Below the pieces are notes generated by a model. It did not search any database, was not told where the DNA came from, and worked only from the letters and a program-made list of their open reading frames with translations. A stretch of DNA of 64,000 bases, from contig JALGVT010000006.1 of assembly GCA_025774555.1 (NCBI GenBank), positions 46,158 through 110,157 of the forward strand. The letters run 5' to 3'. Origin of the DNA: a candidate division LCP-89 bacterium (lineage in GTDB: Bacteria > Electryoneota > B3-LCP). Positions within the stretch are counted from its first letter, which is position 1, and each line of letters starts with the position of its first letter. This document shows, in pieces, positions 16,879 to 26,538 of this stretch. Position numbers and translations under genes: made by a program.

Positions 16879-19068
16879 CTACATCATTTCGCCCATAGCC
16901 AAAGCCGGATGATCGACGGTTGCCAGATGTTCAGCCAGCTTTTCCAGATCATCGGTGACGGTTTCATCGGCGATTTTATCCACCAGATCAGAACAGCCAA
17001 TTTCGTCGCATCGTTCGTTAAGTTTATCACCCAGGCGATTCTTCAGGTTAGTAGTCATCCAGACGATGCGTTTTAGACCTCCGTCCGCGGATATGAACTT
17101 TTTCGACAGGACATAGAGGATGCCGATGCCGATGAATCCGGGAGTCTGCTGTCCTCCGCCGACGACCTCTGCCAGTGAGGAGAAGGTCATCCCGGCAGGC
17201 GTCATTCCCTGGAATTCGCGGTCAACGATCATAACTCCGCCGGTGCCGGGCAGGACGCAGATAATCGCTTCGAAGCAGCCGCAGGAGGTCATGGGATCTT
17301 CCATCATGGAATAGGCGCTGAATCGTTCGACCATCTGGTTGGATTTGGAATAGACAAAATCATCCACGCCTTTCCATTTACCCTTCTCTACGTCATAGCA
17401 ATCGCCTTTGGGCACAGGCTGGTTACCGCCTGTGGGATTGATCTCATAAGCGGCTTTACCATCCAGCCAGTTGTAAGCTCCGCAGAGACCCAGCCTTTCG
17501 GGCGTGATAACGCAGACATGATTAGGCGCATAAGACTGGCAGAGCTGGCAGGAATAGAACGTATCGACGGCTTCGTCAACCAGTTCTCCCATGCGTTTGT
17601 CACGCACTTCGTAACCGGATTTGGCTTCTTTGTAGAGCCGTTCCACATCCTCTTCCTTGATGAAGAGCTTCACCTGAACTTTATCGACAATGGCGGGGAA
17701 TTCATTCAGCAGCATGGAGCGCAGGGTAACACCGAGATGACTCAACTTAAAACCGGCTTTCTTCGCTGTATTTGATATGCGCAGCCAGATGGTGTCGCGT
17801 TGTCCGAGGTGCATCACTCCCATGGGCATCGAGAGCATGGTATGGATGTACCTTTCGAGAATGCTCTCGAAATCCTTCTGCATTTTCCGTCCGGCAACTT
17901 CAACCCAGATTGCCAGCGGCAGTTTGGCGGCTTCTTCGATCTCGTTGATTTCAAGCCCGATTACTTCGATCATGCCATCTTCTACCTCTTCCAGTTTCTT
18001 CATGGAGAGGTATTCAAATGCGGTGTGGAACCTGCCGCCGAATTCTACTGCCAGATCGTCCTTACGGACGCGCTCTCCTTCAAAGGCGGGACCGTAACGC
18101 ACCGGGATGTCGATCTTCTGGATTTTGATTTTCACGCCGCGGACTTCAATTGCCTTCTGCGGCATGTCATCGTGTGAAATATTAGCGACGACATGTTCAT
18201 AAGTGCATATACCCGAAGGCAGGATTTCAGGAATGTCCGTATCCGCAATCACCGGGAATCCGAAGTTGATCGCTCCGGCGGCAGTGGCGTATTTCTCATC
18301 ATCCACTTCGCCTAATGCCAACACAAAGGCATGGACGCGCTGTTTATTGTAAAGAAGGATGTCAGTTGCTTCTTTCAGCCCGCCGGGCTTAAGCCCCCCG
18401 AAGGTCATCGCCGATCTTGCGGCAAATCCTAAAGCCCATACTGCAGCAGACGTATCCTTACCGTAAGGGACAAGGAAAGTATCCCAGTTCATCTCGACGT
18501 CGGCTTCAGCTAATTGCTCCGCCATGGAGACACCATTAGTATGCGATGCTAAAAAGACGAGGATATTTCTCTCCTGCAGGTCACGCGCCAACTTGACAGC
18601 CGCTTCAGTAGTTGGCAAAGCGCCCGCGCAGGCGGCGAATCCCGGCATGCGTCCGTCAACCAGTTTGATGCCTTGTTCGCGCAGAATGGCATCCGAGGTT
18701 GCGCCCAGCCAGATACCGTCGTAGGGATTGGGATCATGAGCATATTTTAATCCCTCGATGATCTCTTCGGCAAAGAGCGTCGCCATGCCGGCGTCTAAGG
18801 CATCGCCCAGATAGGGCAGCCAGAGTTCATCGGTCGGGATGGGGGGGAGCATCTTGCGGCAGTGCTGTAAAACCTCCTGCATGTCTCCGATTTTCCGGAC
18901 TTTTAACCCAAGCATGGCGTAGATGACCGGTAGATAGTACGCCGTATCCGGCAGATCGACGGTTTTGTCCAATCCCAGTTTGCCAGTTGCTTCTGCCAAT
19001 TGAGTTTCAGCTTTTTCGATTATCTTATGTGCGCCGCGAATGGCGGCGGTTGCGATGATGCGGGACAT
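16879..19068 (-). CDS. acsB: Acetyl-CoA synthase (bacterial type)
   Basis: PYLGDALDAG; A-cluster ligands CQLCQSYAPNHVC, GLCGA and MTSCGCFE. Confidence 0.98.
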   Translation of the reverse strand: MSRIIATAAIRGAHKIIEKAETQLAEATGKLGLDKTVDLPDTAYYLPVIYAMLGLKVRKIGDMQEVLQHCRKMLPPIPTDELWLPYLGDALDAGMATLFAEEIIEGLKYAHDPNPYDGIWLGATSDAILREQGIKLVDGRMPGFAACAGALPTTEAAVKLARDLQERNILVFLASHTNGVSMAEQLAEADVEMNWDTFLVPYGKDTSAAVWALGFAARSAMTFGGLKPGGLKEATDILLYNKQRVHAFVLALGEVDDEKYATAAGAINFGFPVIADTDIPEILPSGICTYEHVVANISHDDMPQKAIEVRGVKIKIQKIDIPVRYGPAFEGERVRKDDLAVEFGGRFHTAFEYLSMKKLEEVEDGMIEVIGLEINEIEEAAKLPLAIWVEVAGRKMQKDFESILERYIHTMLSMPMGVMHLGQRDTIWLRISNTAKKAGFKLSHLGVTLRSMLLNEFPAIVDKVQVKLFIKEEDVERLYKEAKSGYEVRDKRMGELVDEAVDTFYSCQLCQSYAPNHVCVITPERLGLCGAYNWLDGKAAYEINPTGGNQPVPKGDCYDVEKGKWKGVDDFVYSKSNQMVERFSAYSMMEDPMTSCGCFEAIICVLPGTGGVMIVDREFQGMTPAGMTFSSLAEVVGGGQQTPGFIGIGILYVLSKKFISADGGLKRIVWMTTNLKNRLGDKLNERCDEIGCSDLVDKIADETVTDDLEKLAEHLATVDHPALAMGEMM

Positions 19069-19113
19069 GGTGGTGTTTCCGTTTTGGTAGTGTTGTAACC
19101 TTTCGCAATAGCA

Positions 19114-19170
19114 CGGGAATGAATTCCCGAGCTATACTATTGCTGTCCCACTGAAGTGGGACGCTAAAAA
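19114..19170. repeat. REP-like double hairpin, direct repeat of 12261-12317
   Basis: 30 bp identical (TGCTGTCCCACTGAAGTGGGACGCTAAAAA), preceded by CGGGAAT.AATTCCCG. Confidence 0.85.
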
Positions 19171-19205
19171 TATTTGCGTTCAGTAAGGAATGCTCTTAGA
19201 ATAAT

Positions 19206-19991
19206 TTATTTTATTTCTCGTACGTGCGGTGTTAATTGTTCTGCTTGCTTTTTCTTTTCAGGATCACTTATATTTTTTATGTAATCCTTAGTTTCTCTAA
19301 CACGGTCATTAAATTTCGTTTTCATCCACCCATATTTAACCCTTATATCTGGTTCATCTGACCCCAATCCGGTTCTAATGATCATTTCTAAATTTCCTGC
19401 TCCCACTAGAATTGGATACCCTGGTATATCTGCTTTACCAAAATAATCAATATAATGCAACCCATCAGCATCTAGGTTAACATACCGCTCAATATTATTC
19501 ATCTCTATGTTCGTTGAATTATAGTAAACTTCATTATAAACTTTCTCAGCCAAATCCATAATTGAGCTATCAATAATGATTCTGGGATAAAACGACGCTT
19601 TTGATTCAGCATCATAAGCCTTTATTAATGCAGGACCGAAAACAAGTTTGTCTGTATGTACAATCTTGCCAAATGCTGCCCCCCCACGACATAAGAAACT
19701 ATTCTCTACCAATTTGTAGAGCATTTCTTTAATAGTTTCAAATCCATTAATGAAATTATCAGGATCATTAGCATCAAACGAAATGACTAATGAATCAGAA
19801 AAATGAGTCATACTCAGGTTTGGATTGACAGATTGTTGAGTGGTGACTTCCTGCTGTATTGTACTTAGAGCACTGTAGATCTTATTAATCTCAGTAAAAT
19901 TAGGATCCCCATTTTTATCGATTGTTCGTTTAATACGATCTCTAAATCCTAATATATCAATAAAAATAACGACTCTATCTTCATATTCCAT
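19206..19991 (-). CDS. AT-rich hypothetical protein, nucleotide cyclase-like fold
   Basis: VIFIDILGF, FSDS, LCRGG..FG, FGPALIKAY..ES, YPRII: a two-Asp pattern typical of class III cyclase-like palm domains. Start ATG 19991 after AGGAAGG. Confidence 0.7.
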   Translation of the reverse strand: MEYEDRVVIFIDILGFRDRIKRTIDKNGDPNFTEINKIYSALSTIQQEVTTQQSVNPNLSMTHFSDSLVISFDANDPDNFINGFETIKEMLYKLVENSFLCRGGAAFGKIVHTDKLVFGPALIKAYDAESKASFYPRIIIDSSIMDLAEKVYNEVYYNSTNIEMNNIERYVNLDADGLHYIDYFGKADIPGYPILVGAGNLEMIIRTGLGSDEPDIRVKYGWMKTKFNDRVRETKDYIKNISDPEKKKQAEQLTPHVREIK

Positions 19992-20045
19992 AAGCACCTT
20001 CCTAATCTCCCAACTGACAGACAAGAATACGCCGGGTCGGCTCAA

Positions 20046-20218
20046 CAAGGGGTTGTAACCCCTTGTCCAGAGGGGTGAGAGAGTTAGATTGAGGAAGCAA
20101 GGGGTTGCAACCCCTTGTTGGCTCTGTATAACTCTGCTCCGTGATCAAGGGGTAACTACCCCTTGTTGCATACACAGTGCTTCATCTCCTTGTGACCAAG
20201 GAATAACTACCCCTTGTT
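20046..20218. repeat. Array of four 21 bp palindromes with 27-31 bp non-identical spacers
   Basis: CAAGGGGTTGTAACCCCTTGT (20046), CAAGGGGTTGCAACCCCTTGT (20098), CAAGGGGTAACTACCCCTTGT (20146), CAAGGAATAACTACCCCTTGT (20197). Confidence 0.85.
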
Positions 20219-20248
20219 ACGTCCATCACGGTTGACGTGATAGGGCTC

Positions 20249-20671
20249 TTACCCCTCCACAATCTCGTACCGATAATTCACTTTCACCATCGGTTTGATC
20301 ATCGCGGTCGCGCCGCAGTATTTGACGTCGGTCAACTCGATAGCGCGGTCGATGTCTTTCTTGCGAATGTCTTTACCGATGAAGGTAAAGTGGAAGTTGA
20401 TCTCGGTGTAGAGCTGAGGATGCTCGTCAGCTCTCACGCCTTCAACATCCAGATCGAATCCCTGCAGGGCTATCCGTTTCTTCTTCAGGATAGCCAGTAT
20501 ATCCATAGTGACACATCCTGCGATGCCCATCAACACCAGTTCCATCGGGCGTGAACCGGCGCCGAACCCGCCCAGTTCCAGAGGCGCTCCCATGGTTACC
20601 CAGTGATTGGAATTGCTAAACGCGGCTAAAGCTAATCCTTCAATCTGCTTGATTTTAACGTTCGTCTTCAT
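20249..20671 (-). CDS. OsmC/YhfA family protein
   Basis: RPMELVLMGIAGC and KYCG Cys pair. Confidence 0.9.
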   Translation of the reverse strand: MKTNVKIKQIEGLALAAFSNSNHWVTMGAPLELGGFGAGSRPMELVLMGIAGCVTMDILAILKKKRIALQGFDLDVEGVRADEHPQLYTEINFHFTFIGKDIRKKDIDRAIELTDVKYCGATAMIKPMVKVNYRYEIVEG

Positions 20672-20680
20672 TGCGGTTCC

Positions 20681-21967
20681 TTATACTACAACGATTTCTT
20701 GGTATTCAGGTTCTTGAAAAGATTCCATCTGATCTTTGATCAGTTTTGACATCACTGCGAAATCATAGCGTCCCTGCAGCAGGTCATTTTTAATAGTGGA
20801 TACGTCCACTCGCTTGCGCATAAGATTTGTCAGAACTCCAGCATTGTCCACTATGCCAACTAAAACTGCTCCGACCAGATGGTTACCCTTGAAAACCATC
20901 TTGCGGTAGATTTTCTGATCCTGCGAGAAGTAACTGTGTGATTCGTATCCGGCATCGACCGGTTTGACAATGCCGATCGATATGAAGGAGACACCGAAGA
21001 AATCGGCGGCATTCATACGCATGGAACCGTCGTAGGCGACTTTTTTGCCAGCCATGTTTAAACCGGCGATGCGTCCCTGTTCGTAAGCGCAGGGCCAGAC
21101 GGCATTGACTGTCGATTCGCAAGAGACACGGTCTTTAGTCACTGCCACGTCACCGGCGGCATAGATGTTTGGTTCAGCGGTTGCCATGCGGTCATCAGTT
21201 TTAATTCCCCAGTCAATCTCGATCTTCGTTCCTTGAGCCAAATCGGTGTTGGGTTTGACGCCTTTGCCGGTGATTACAAGCTGTGTCGGCAGTTCGGTTC
21301 CGTCATCGAAGAGAACGGTTTCAATTCTATCGCCGCCTTTGAATTCAAGCGGCTTTACGCCTGTCTTAACCTTGATGCCGTTATCTTCAAAAAGCGCCTG
21401 GAAGAAGTCACCGCATTCAGGATCAGCGACTTGCGATAAAAGGTGCGGTGATGTTATGGCAATCGTGGTTTTTATCTTGTGATGATGCAATCCTGAAGCA
21501 GCCTGCAGTCCGATACAGCCGCCGCCTAATACTATACCCTCTTTTGCCTTTTTTACCGATTTGTAAATCTTCTGCAAATCACCGTAAGTGCGGAATCCGA
21601 AGACGCCTTCTTTTTCCTCCCCCTTCACTCCCGTCTTCTGTGGTGATCCGCCGGTTGCCAGCAGGAGACGATCATAAGGGACAGTATCACCGCCGCGAAG
21701 ATGGACTTCATTTACGGAAGTATCAATCTTCACGACACGCTGTCCTGACTGTACCTCGATATTCTTCTCAGTATAGAACTCCGGGGGACGGAAAGTCAAT
21801 TCGCCCTTATCGATCCAACCAGCGAGTTCATAAGAGATCAAAGCCCGGCTGTACGCCGATTCAGGTTCGTCGCTGATTATAACGATGGCAGATTCTGCGT
21901 CCACTTCTCGGATCGCTTCAGCGGCTCCGATGCCGGCGGCAGAATTGCCGATGATGACGTAATTCAT
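20681..21967 (-). CDS. FAD/NAD(P)-dependent oxidoreductase (CODH-associated FNOR type)
   Basis: IIGNSAAG, LLLATGG, LGGGCIG, IYAAGD. Confidence 0.92.
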   Translation of the reverse strand: MNYVIIGNSAAGIGAAEAIREVDAESAIVIISDEPESAYSRALISYELAGWIDKGELTFRPPEFYTEKNIEVQSGQRVVKIDTSVNEVHLRGGDTVPYDRLLLATGGSPQKTGVKGEEKEGVFGFRTYGDLQKIYKSVKKAKEGIVLGGGCIGLQAASGLHHHKIKTTIAITSPHLLSQVADPECGDFFQALFEDNGIKVKTGVKPLEFKGGDRIETVLFDDGTELPTQLVITGKGVKPNTDLAQGTKIEIDWGIKTDDRMATAEPNIYAAGDVAVTKDRVSCESTVNAVWPCAYEQGRIAGLNMAGKKVAYDGSMRMNAADFFGVSFISIGIVKPVDAGYESHSYFSQDQKIYRKMVFKGNHLVGAVLVGIVDNAGVLTNLMRKRVDVSTIKNDLLQGRYDFAVMSKLIKDQMESFQEPEYQEIVVV

Positions 21968-21982
21968 ATATCCAACCGCATT

Positions 21983-22492
21983 TTATGCAGATTTACCTAT
22001 TATCCCAATCTGTTTCATCTCTTCAATGAAAGCTCTAAATTCTTCATTCGTACCGTAGAACAGCGCTCTGGTGGGGCAGGCTTCCACGCAGGCGGGACCT
22101 CCGGCTCTGCCTTCGCAGAGATCGCATTTTATCACCTTGCCCCGATGATGATCGGGCTGCGCCGCTCCAAATGGACAGACCATCACACACATCCAACAGC
22201 CGACGCAGCGGGACATATCCACGCTCACTTGACCGGTTTCAGGGTTTTTGCTGACTGCGCCGGATTTGCAAGCGAACAGACAGTCCGGTTCTTCGCAATG
22301 CAGGCAATTCAGGGGGAGTTTCAAGTCGTCACCAGCCTGTACCTGTATGCGATAACGCGGCGGAAGTTCCTCGGAAATTGCTCCCAACAGTGTCTTTGAC
22401 TGCGAATGTTCCACTGCGCAGGCGATTTCGCAGGTACGGCAGCCAGTGCAGAGATTGCTTACTACGAATACTTTGCGTTTATCCGGCATCAC
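21983..22492 (-). CDS. cooF: CooF-like 4x[4Fe-4S] electron transfer protein
   Basis: CTGCRTCEIAC, CLHCEEPDCLFAC, CVGCWMCVMVCP, CDLC..CVEACP. Confidence 0.92.
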   Translation of the reverse strand: MMPDKRKVFVVSNLCTGCRTCEIACAVEHSQSKTLLGAISEELPPRYRIQVQAGDDLKLPLNCLHCEEPDCLFACKSGAVSKNPETGQVSVDMSRCVGCWMCVMVCPFGAAQPDHHRGKVIKCDLCEGRAGGPACVEACPTRALFYGTNEEFRAFIEEMKQIGIIGKSA

Positions 22493-24414
22493 GCTGACCT
22501 CGATATTTTTACGGGATACATCATCGGATCGAGTTTTAAGGCTTCTCTTTTCCGGTCAAGGTGTTCGATGATTCCATGCGCCGCTTTGATAGGATCGTCC
22601 TCGAAGACCCAGCAAGCGCCGAAATCTTTCTCCATACCTTTTGTAAGGTAATCTAACACTGCCGGTGTGCCGAGGATTCGGGGGGCGGGCGAATAGAAAG
22701 TGGTGATGCCCGACGCCACCGCGTATAACCCGATTGAGACCGCTTTTTCCGACATAGCTTCAGGAGCGGCTGCGGCGACGGGAAGCTGCGAAATATCTAC
22801 ACCGACTCCGCCTTCTTTAACCATTTCAGCGCAGGCGACCAGGATGCGGGAATTATCCACGCAGGATCCCATGTGCAGCACCGGCGGAATGCCCACAGTC
22901 TCGCAGATTTCCCTTAATCCCTGACCGGCTTTTTCCTTCGCCGCTTCCGGGCGCAGCCAGCCTGCTTTGGCGCACGCCAGCGCCGAGCATCCGGTCTGGA
23001 TGACCAGCACGTCGTGTTTGAGCAGTTCTTCGACCAGAGCTATATGACCGCTGTCGTGCGGGATGCGCACGTTATTGCAGCCCACCACGCCGACGACTCC
23101 GCGCAATCTGCCAGACATAATGCCGTCGTTTAAAGGGCGATAAGACGAGCGGAAAGTTCCGCCCAGATGGTGGAAGGTGTTTTCAGCCGTGAATCCGGCA
23201 ACCAGATCCATCATTTCCTGGGGGATATCCACTTTGCCTGCATCACGATTAGGGAAGTTATCTATCGCCGATTTCAGGATGGTTTTTGCGAAGTCGAGGG
23301 CTCTGTGTTCCTCGAACTGCAGATGTTTTGCTCCGGGGATACGAGCTTTCTCGGAGGTAGTGATAACCTGTGTATGGAAGTGTCCAGCTACTTCTGTCAG
23401 CCCCGGCATTATGCACTGGACGTCAACGATCATAGTTTCGACCGCGCCGGTGGAAATAGCTAATTCCTGCTGGAGAAAATTGCCCGCCACCGGATAGCCC
23501 TGACGCATCAGGATTTCATTGGCGGTACAGCAGATTCCTGAGAGCGTGATTCCCACCGCGCCTTTAGATTTAGCGTAATCGAGGATTTCTTTATCCCTGG
23601 AAGCCACCACGATCATCTCTGAAAGCAAGGGCTCGTGTCCATGCACGACAACGTTGATCTGATCCTGTTTTAAAACGCCGAGATTAACTTTGGCTCTGAC
23701 CGGTTTAGGAGACCCGAAGAGCACATCCTGCACGTCGGTGGCGATCATCGAACCGCCCCATCCGTCTGCCAGAGCGCACCGCACCGCTTGAAGGATCAGG
23801 CTGCGGTGATCGGCGTCCACGCCTATATGCGTGCGATGCAGGCACTCGACGACTTCACGGTCTATTGCCCGGGGATAGACTCCAGCCTTTTTCCAGCGTT
23901 GCTGCTGCCCTTCGGGGGCGCGTTTGATCAGGTCGATATAACCTTCGCTTTGACCGAAATTATCAAAAAAACGCCTGGCAACCTGAGCCGCGAGGTCGGC
24001 ATAGGAAACGTTTTCAGTTTCTATTTCCAACTCGGCGGCGAGCGTTTTTAGCTTTTCTATATCCGATATCTGGTAGTCTTTCGCCTCGCCCCGCGCCGCA
24101 TCCAGAAGAACCTGGCAAACGCCCCGCCCATGATCCGAATGAGCTGCCGCTCCAGCCGCCGTCGCGCGAGTGAAGTTGCGCGCCGAGATGGTGTCTTTCT
24201 TAGCGCCGCATGCTCCTCCGACGTCCTCTTTTGAGAATGGATCGATGCGGCAGGGACCCATGTAGCAGATAGTACAGCAGAGTCCGAGATCGCCGAAAGC
24301 GCAGATCGGCTGCATTGCTTCATGTCTTTCCCAAACGGTGGGTATTTCCCGCTCCCGGGCGTGATCATGTGCTTTAATGGTTGCGGGATCGACAGAAATC
24401 CTGGAATTTGCCAA
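22489..24414 (-). CDS. cooS: Anaerobic Ni,Fe carbon monoxide dehydrogenase catalytic subunit
   Basis: D/B cluster CAFGDLGLCCTICYMGPC; AAHSDH; C-cluster HGHEP, ICCTANE, GCNN, TGC, GSCVDN; MSEKA. TTG start. Confidence 0.98.
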   Translation of the reverse strand: MANSRISVDPATIKAHDHAREREIPTVWERHEAMQPICAFGDLGLCCTICYMGPCRIDPFSKEDVGGACGAKKDTISARNFTRATAAGAAAHSDHGRGVCQVLLDAARGEAKDYQISDIEKLKTLAAELEIETENVSYADLAAQVARRFFDNFGQSEGYIDLIKRAPEGQQQRWKKAGVYPRAIDREVVECLHRTHIGVDADHRSLILQAVRCALADGWGGSMIATDVQDVLFGSPKPVRAKVNLGVLKQDQINVVVHGHEPLLSEMIVVASRDKEILDYAKSKGAVGITLSGICCTANEILMRQGYPVAGNFLQQELAISTGAVETMIVDVQCIMPGLTEVAGHFHTQVITTSEKARIPGAKHLQFEEHRALDFAKTILKSAIDNFPNRDAGKVDIPQEMMDLVAGFTAENTFHHLGGTFRSSYRPLNDGIMSGRLRGVVGVVGCNNVRIPHDSGHIALVEELLKHDVLVIQTGCSALACAKAGWLRPEAAKEKAGQGLREICETVGIPPVLHMGSCVDNSRILVACAEMVKEGGVGVDISQLPVAAAAPEAMSEKAVSIGLYAVASGITTFYSPAPRILGTPAVLDYLTKGMEKDFGACWVFEDDPIKAAHGIIEHLDRKREALKLDPMMYPVKISRSA

Positions 24415-24443
24415 GGTTAATCTCCCTATATTGCAGTCTGTTT

Positions 24444-25229
24444 TTACGGTATTAAGGGTTTTGCCAGTGATGTAATGAACTGTTTAAAAGTCAGATAAGC
24501 CTGCATTTCTGTTTCCAGCTCGAGGAGATTCTGACCAGCTAACTCAGCGTCGAAAATAACATCGTCCTGCGGTATCATGCAAAAAGCCTCGAAGCGGTTC
24601 ATATCCAGGTGTTTTTCGATGGCATCGTGGACTCTCTCTTCGCTCCCGGCAGGAATGCGGTTCACAACTAAAAGGAAGCGTTCGATTTTATTTTTCAGTT
24701 TGTCTGCCAGGACTAAGACTTTCTCTAAGGTTTGCAGCGCTTTAACAGTTGGATCTGCCACCAGCAGCATAGTATCCACGTCTCGGCTGGTGCGGCGCGA
24801 GATATGTTCCATTCCGGCTTCACAGTCGAGGATGGTTACGCGGTAACTGCCGGTCAGGCGGTCGAGGTTGTCTCTGAGGAGGTTGTTGACGAAGCAGTAG
24901 CATCCTGGACCTTCGGGGCGTCCCATAGTGAGCAGATCGAAACCTGCCGCTTCTGTAACCGCTTCCTGCACTTTCAATTCAAGGTACTGCTGTTTGGGAA
25001 TGCCCGCCGGTATACCCCTTGCGACTGAGCGCGTGTCTTCCCTGATGCCGCCGATTGTCTCGTAGACGTCCAATCCCAATACGCCTGCCAGGGCGGCGCT
25101 GGGATCAGCGTCAACCGCGAGGATTGGCGTAAGCTTGTTTTCTAACAGGTGTCGGATGAGGAAAGCCGCGAGGGTAGTTTTCCCGACGCCTCCCTTGCCG
25201 ACGACAGCGATGCAGGGTGAGTCAGCCAT
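24444..25229 (-). CDS. cooC: CooC nickel-insertion ATPase
   Basis: GKGGVGKT, GRPEGPGCYC, DCEAGMEHISRRT. Confidence 0.95.
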   Translation of the reverse strand: MADSPCIAVVGKGGVGKTTLAAFLIRHLLENKLTPILAVDADPSAALAGVLGLDVYETIGGIREDTRSVARGIPAGIPKQQYLELKVQEAVTEAAGFDLLTMGRPEGPGCYCFVNNLLRDNLDRLTGSYRVTILDCEAGMEHISRRTSRDVDTMLLVADPTVKALQTLEKVLVLADKLKNKIERFLLVVNRIPAGSEERVHDAIEKHLDMNRFEAFCMIPQDDVIFDAELAGQNLLELETEMQAYLTFKQFITSLAKPLIP

Positions 25230-25303
25230 ATTCTACTGTTCACTATAAAATAGCGGTGAGCTGTTAAGCCCGCCGCTGGATGCTGTAATGATATATGCCA
25301 TGT

Positions 25304-26377
25304 TTAGACGGCTTTTTTGCGTTTTTTTGAGGCAATATTTTTTCGTACCAGCAGCGAAGTTTCAGATAAGAGTTGCAGCACCAGTTCTGCCTGGCTATAT
25401 TTCATAGTGCCCATGCCGCACGAAGGAGTTATCAGGCACTGCTTCAACAACTGCGACCTGGAAACTCCTTTATCCACCAGTATATCAATATAATTGAAGA
25501 AATTAGCCGTCAGCGATTTACTCGTTTCTTCTTCAATATTCCCCAGAGTTGGGACAATTCCCCAAGCCAGGACACCGCCCTTTTTCAGGTATCTTTTAAG
25601 CTCATCTATATAGAGGGTCATGCCTTGGAAGTAGTCATAAGCATCGAAATTAATGATGTCTGTTTCAGTCTCCATAACCAGCGACCAGTCGGTATTCCCA
25701 CAGCAATGAATGCCGGCTATCGCATTCTCCTGATGAACTGCGTCGATGACTTCACCGAGGTACTGGAGAACCTGCTCCTTCGTAAGATTGATAAATGCGG
25801 ATCCGAAGCTGGACAAATACGGTTCATCGATAAAAATAATTACGTTCGATTTAAGACGTTTAAGTTGCTGTACTTGCCAGCGCGTTTTCAGCACCAGTGA
25901 CTTTAATACAGCATCGAAGACTTCTTCGTTATAGATGATAGCGCGTTTGCGATGATCCGTGATCATCAGCCCAAAGCTGACTGGACCAGTGACCTGCCCT
26001 TTCACCCATTTCACCGATTCTGGTTTCGTTCTCCAGAGACGGTCCATGAATGCTTTAAATCCACGGGCGTAGGGTCTTTCGATGGCAAAATAGTCCAAGT
26101 CTTCTTCGATAACGCGTTCATAGAATTTCTCCAGTTCACCATAAATATCTCTCTGAAGATCCATGTGCATCTTCGATTTTTCAGGATCGAGATTCACAAA
26201 AGGTATTCCACCCGAAAACTGGATATACATTGATTCGAGGTAATCAGTGTTGGGGAGTTGGGGCCAGAGCGGAATTTCCGGGAGATACTGCAGCGCTAAT
26301 TCGACAGCATCATAGGGGTGGAGATGTGGAAAGCTGCCCACAGCAGCGGGGAGACACGCAGGTGTGAAACGCTTCAT
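25304..26377 (-). CDS. Core (single-barrel) MetE-like methionine synthase, MesB type
   Basis: VGSFPH, WPQLP, KGQVTGPVS, IFIDEP, Zn ligands GIHCCGN and ITPSCG. About 357 aa with no N-terminal folate-binding barrel. Start at MKRFTP. Confidence 0.85.
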   Translation of the reverse strand: MKRFTPACLPAAVGSFPHLHPYDAVELALQYLPEIPLWPQLPNTDYLESMYIQFSGGIPFVNLDPEKSKMHMDLQRDIYGELEKFYERVIEEDLDYFAIERPYARGFKAFMDRLWRTKPESVKWVKGQVTGPVSFGLMITDHRKRAIIYNEEVFDAVLKSLVLKTRWQVQQLKRLKSNVIIFIDEPYLSSFGSAFINLTKEQVLQYLGEVIDAVHQENAIAGIHCCGNTDWSLVMETETDIINFDAYDYFQGMTLYIDELKRYLKKGGVLAWGIVPTLGNIEEETSKSLTANFFNYIDILVDKGVSRSQLLKQCLITPSCGMGTMKYSQAELVLQLLSETSLLVRKNIASKKRKKAV

Positions 26378-26538
26378 TGATAATAAGTCTTTTTTATGTT
26401 TCTGTAAATATAACAAATAAATTGCCCCTCAGGCAAGTTTTTTTTCGTAAAGGTGCATCCTGAAGGGCAGAAATCTTGATTATATTAAAGCAAAACCCAA
26501 GAATCCGCTTAAGAGACATTGTGATTCAAACTGCCGGG

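Noticed and set aside
20046-20218. Calling the 4-unit array a true CRISPR
   Set aside because: Repeats are only 21 bp with variable loops, the period is irregular, and there is no leader or cas gene in the window. Kept as a repeat and a finding.
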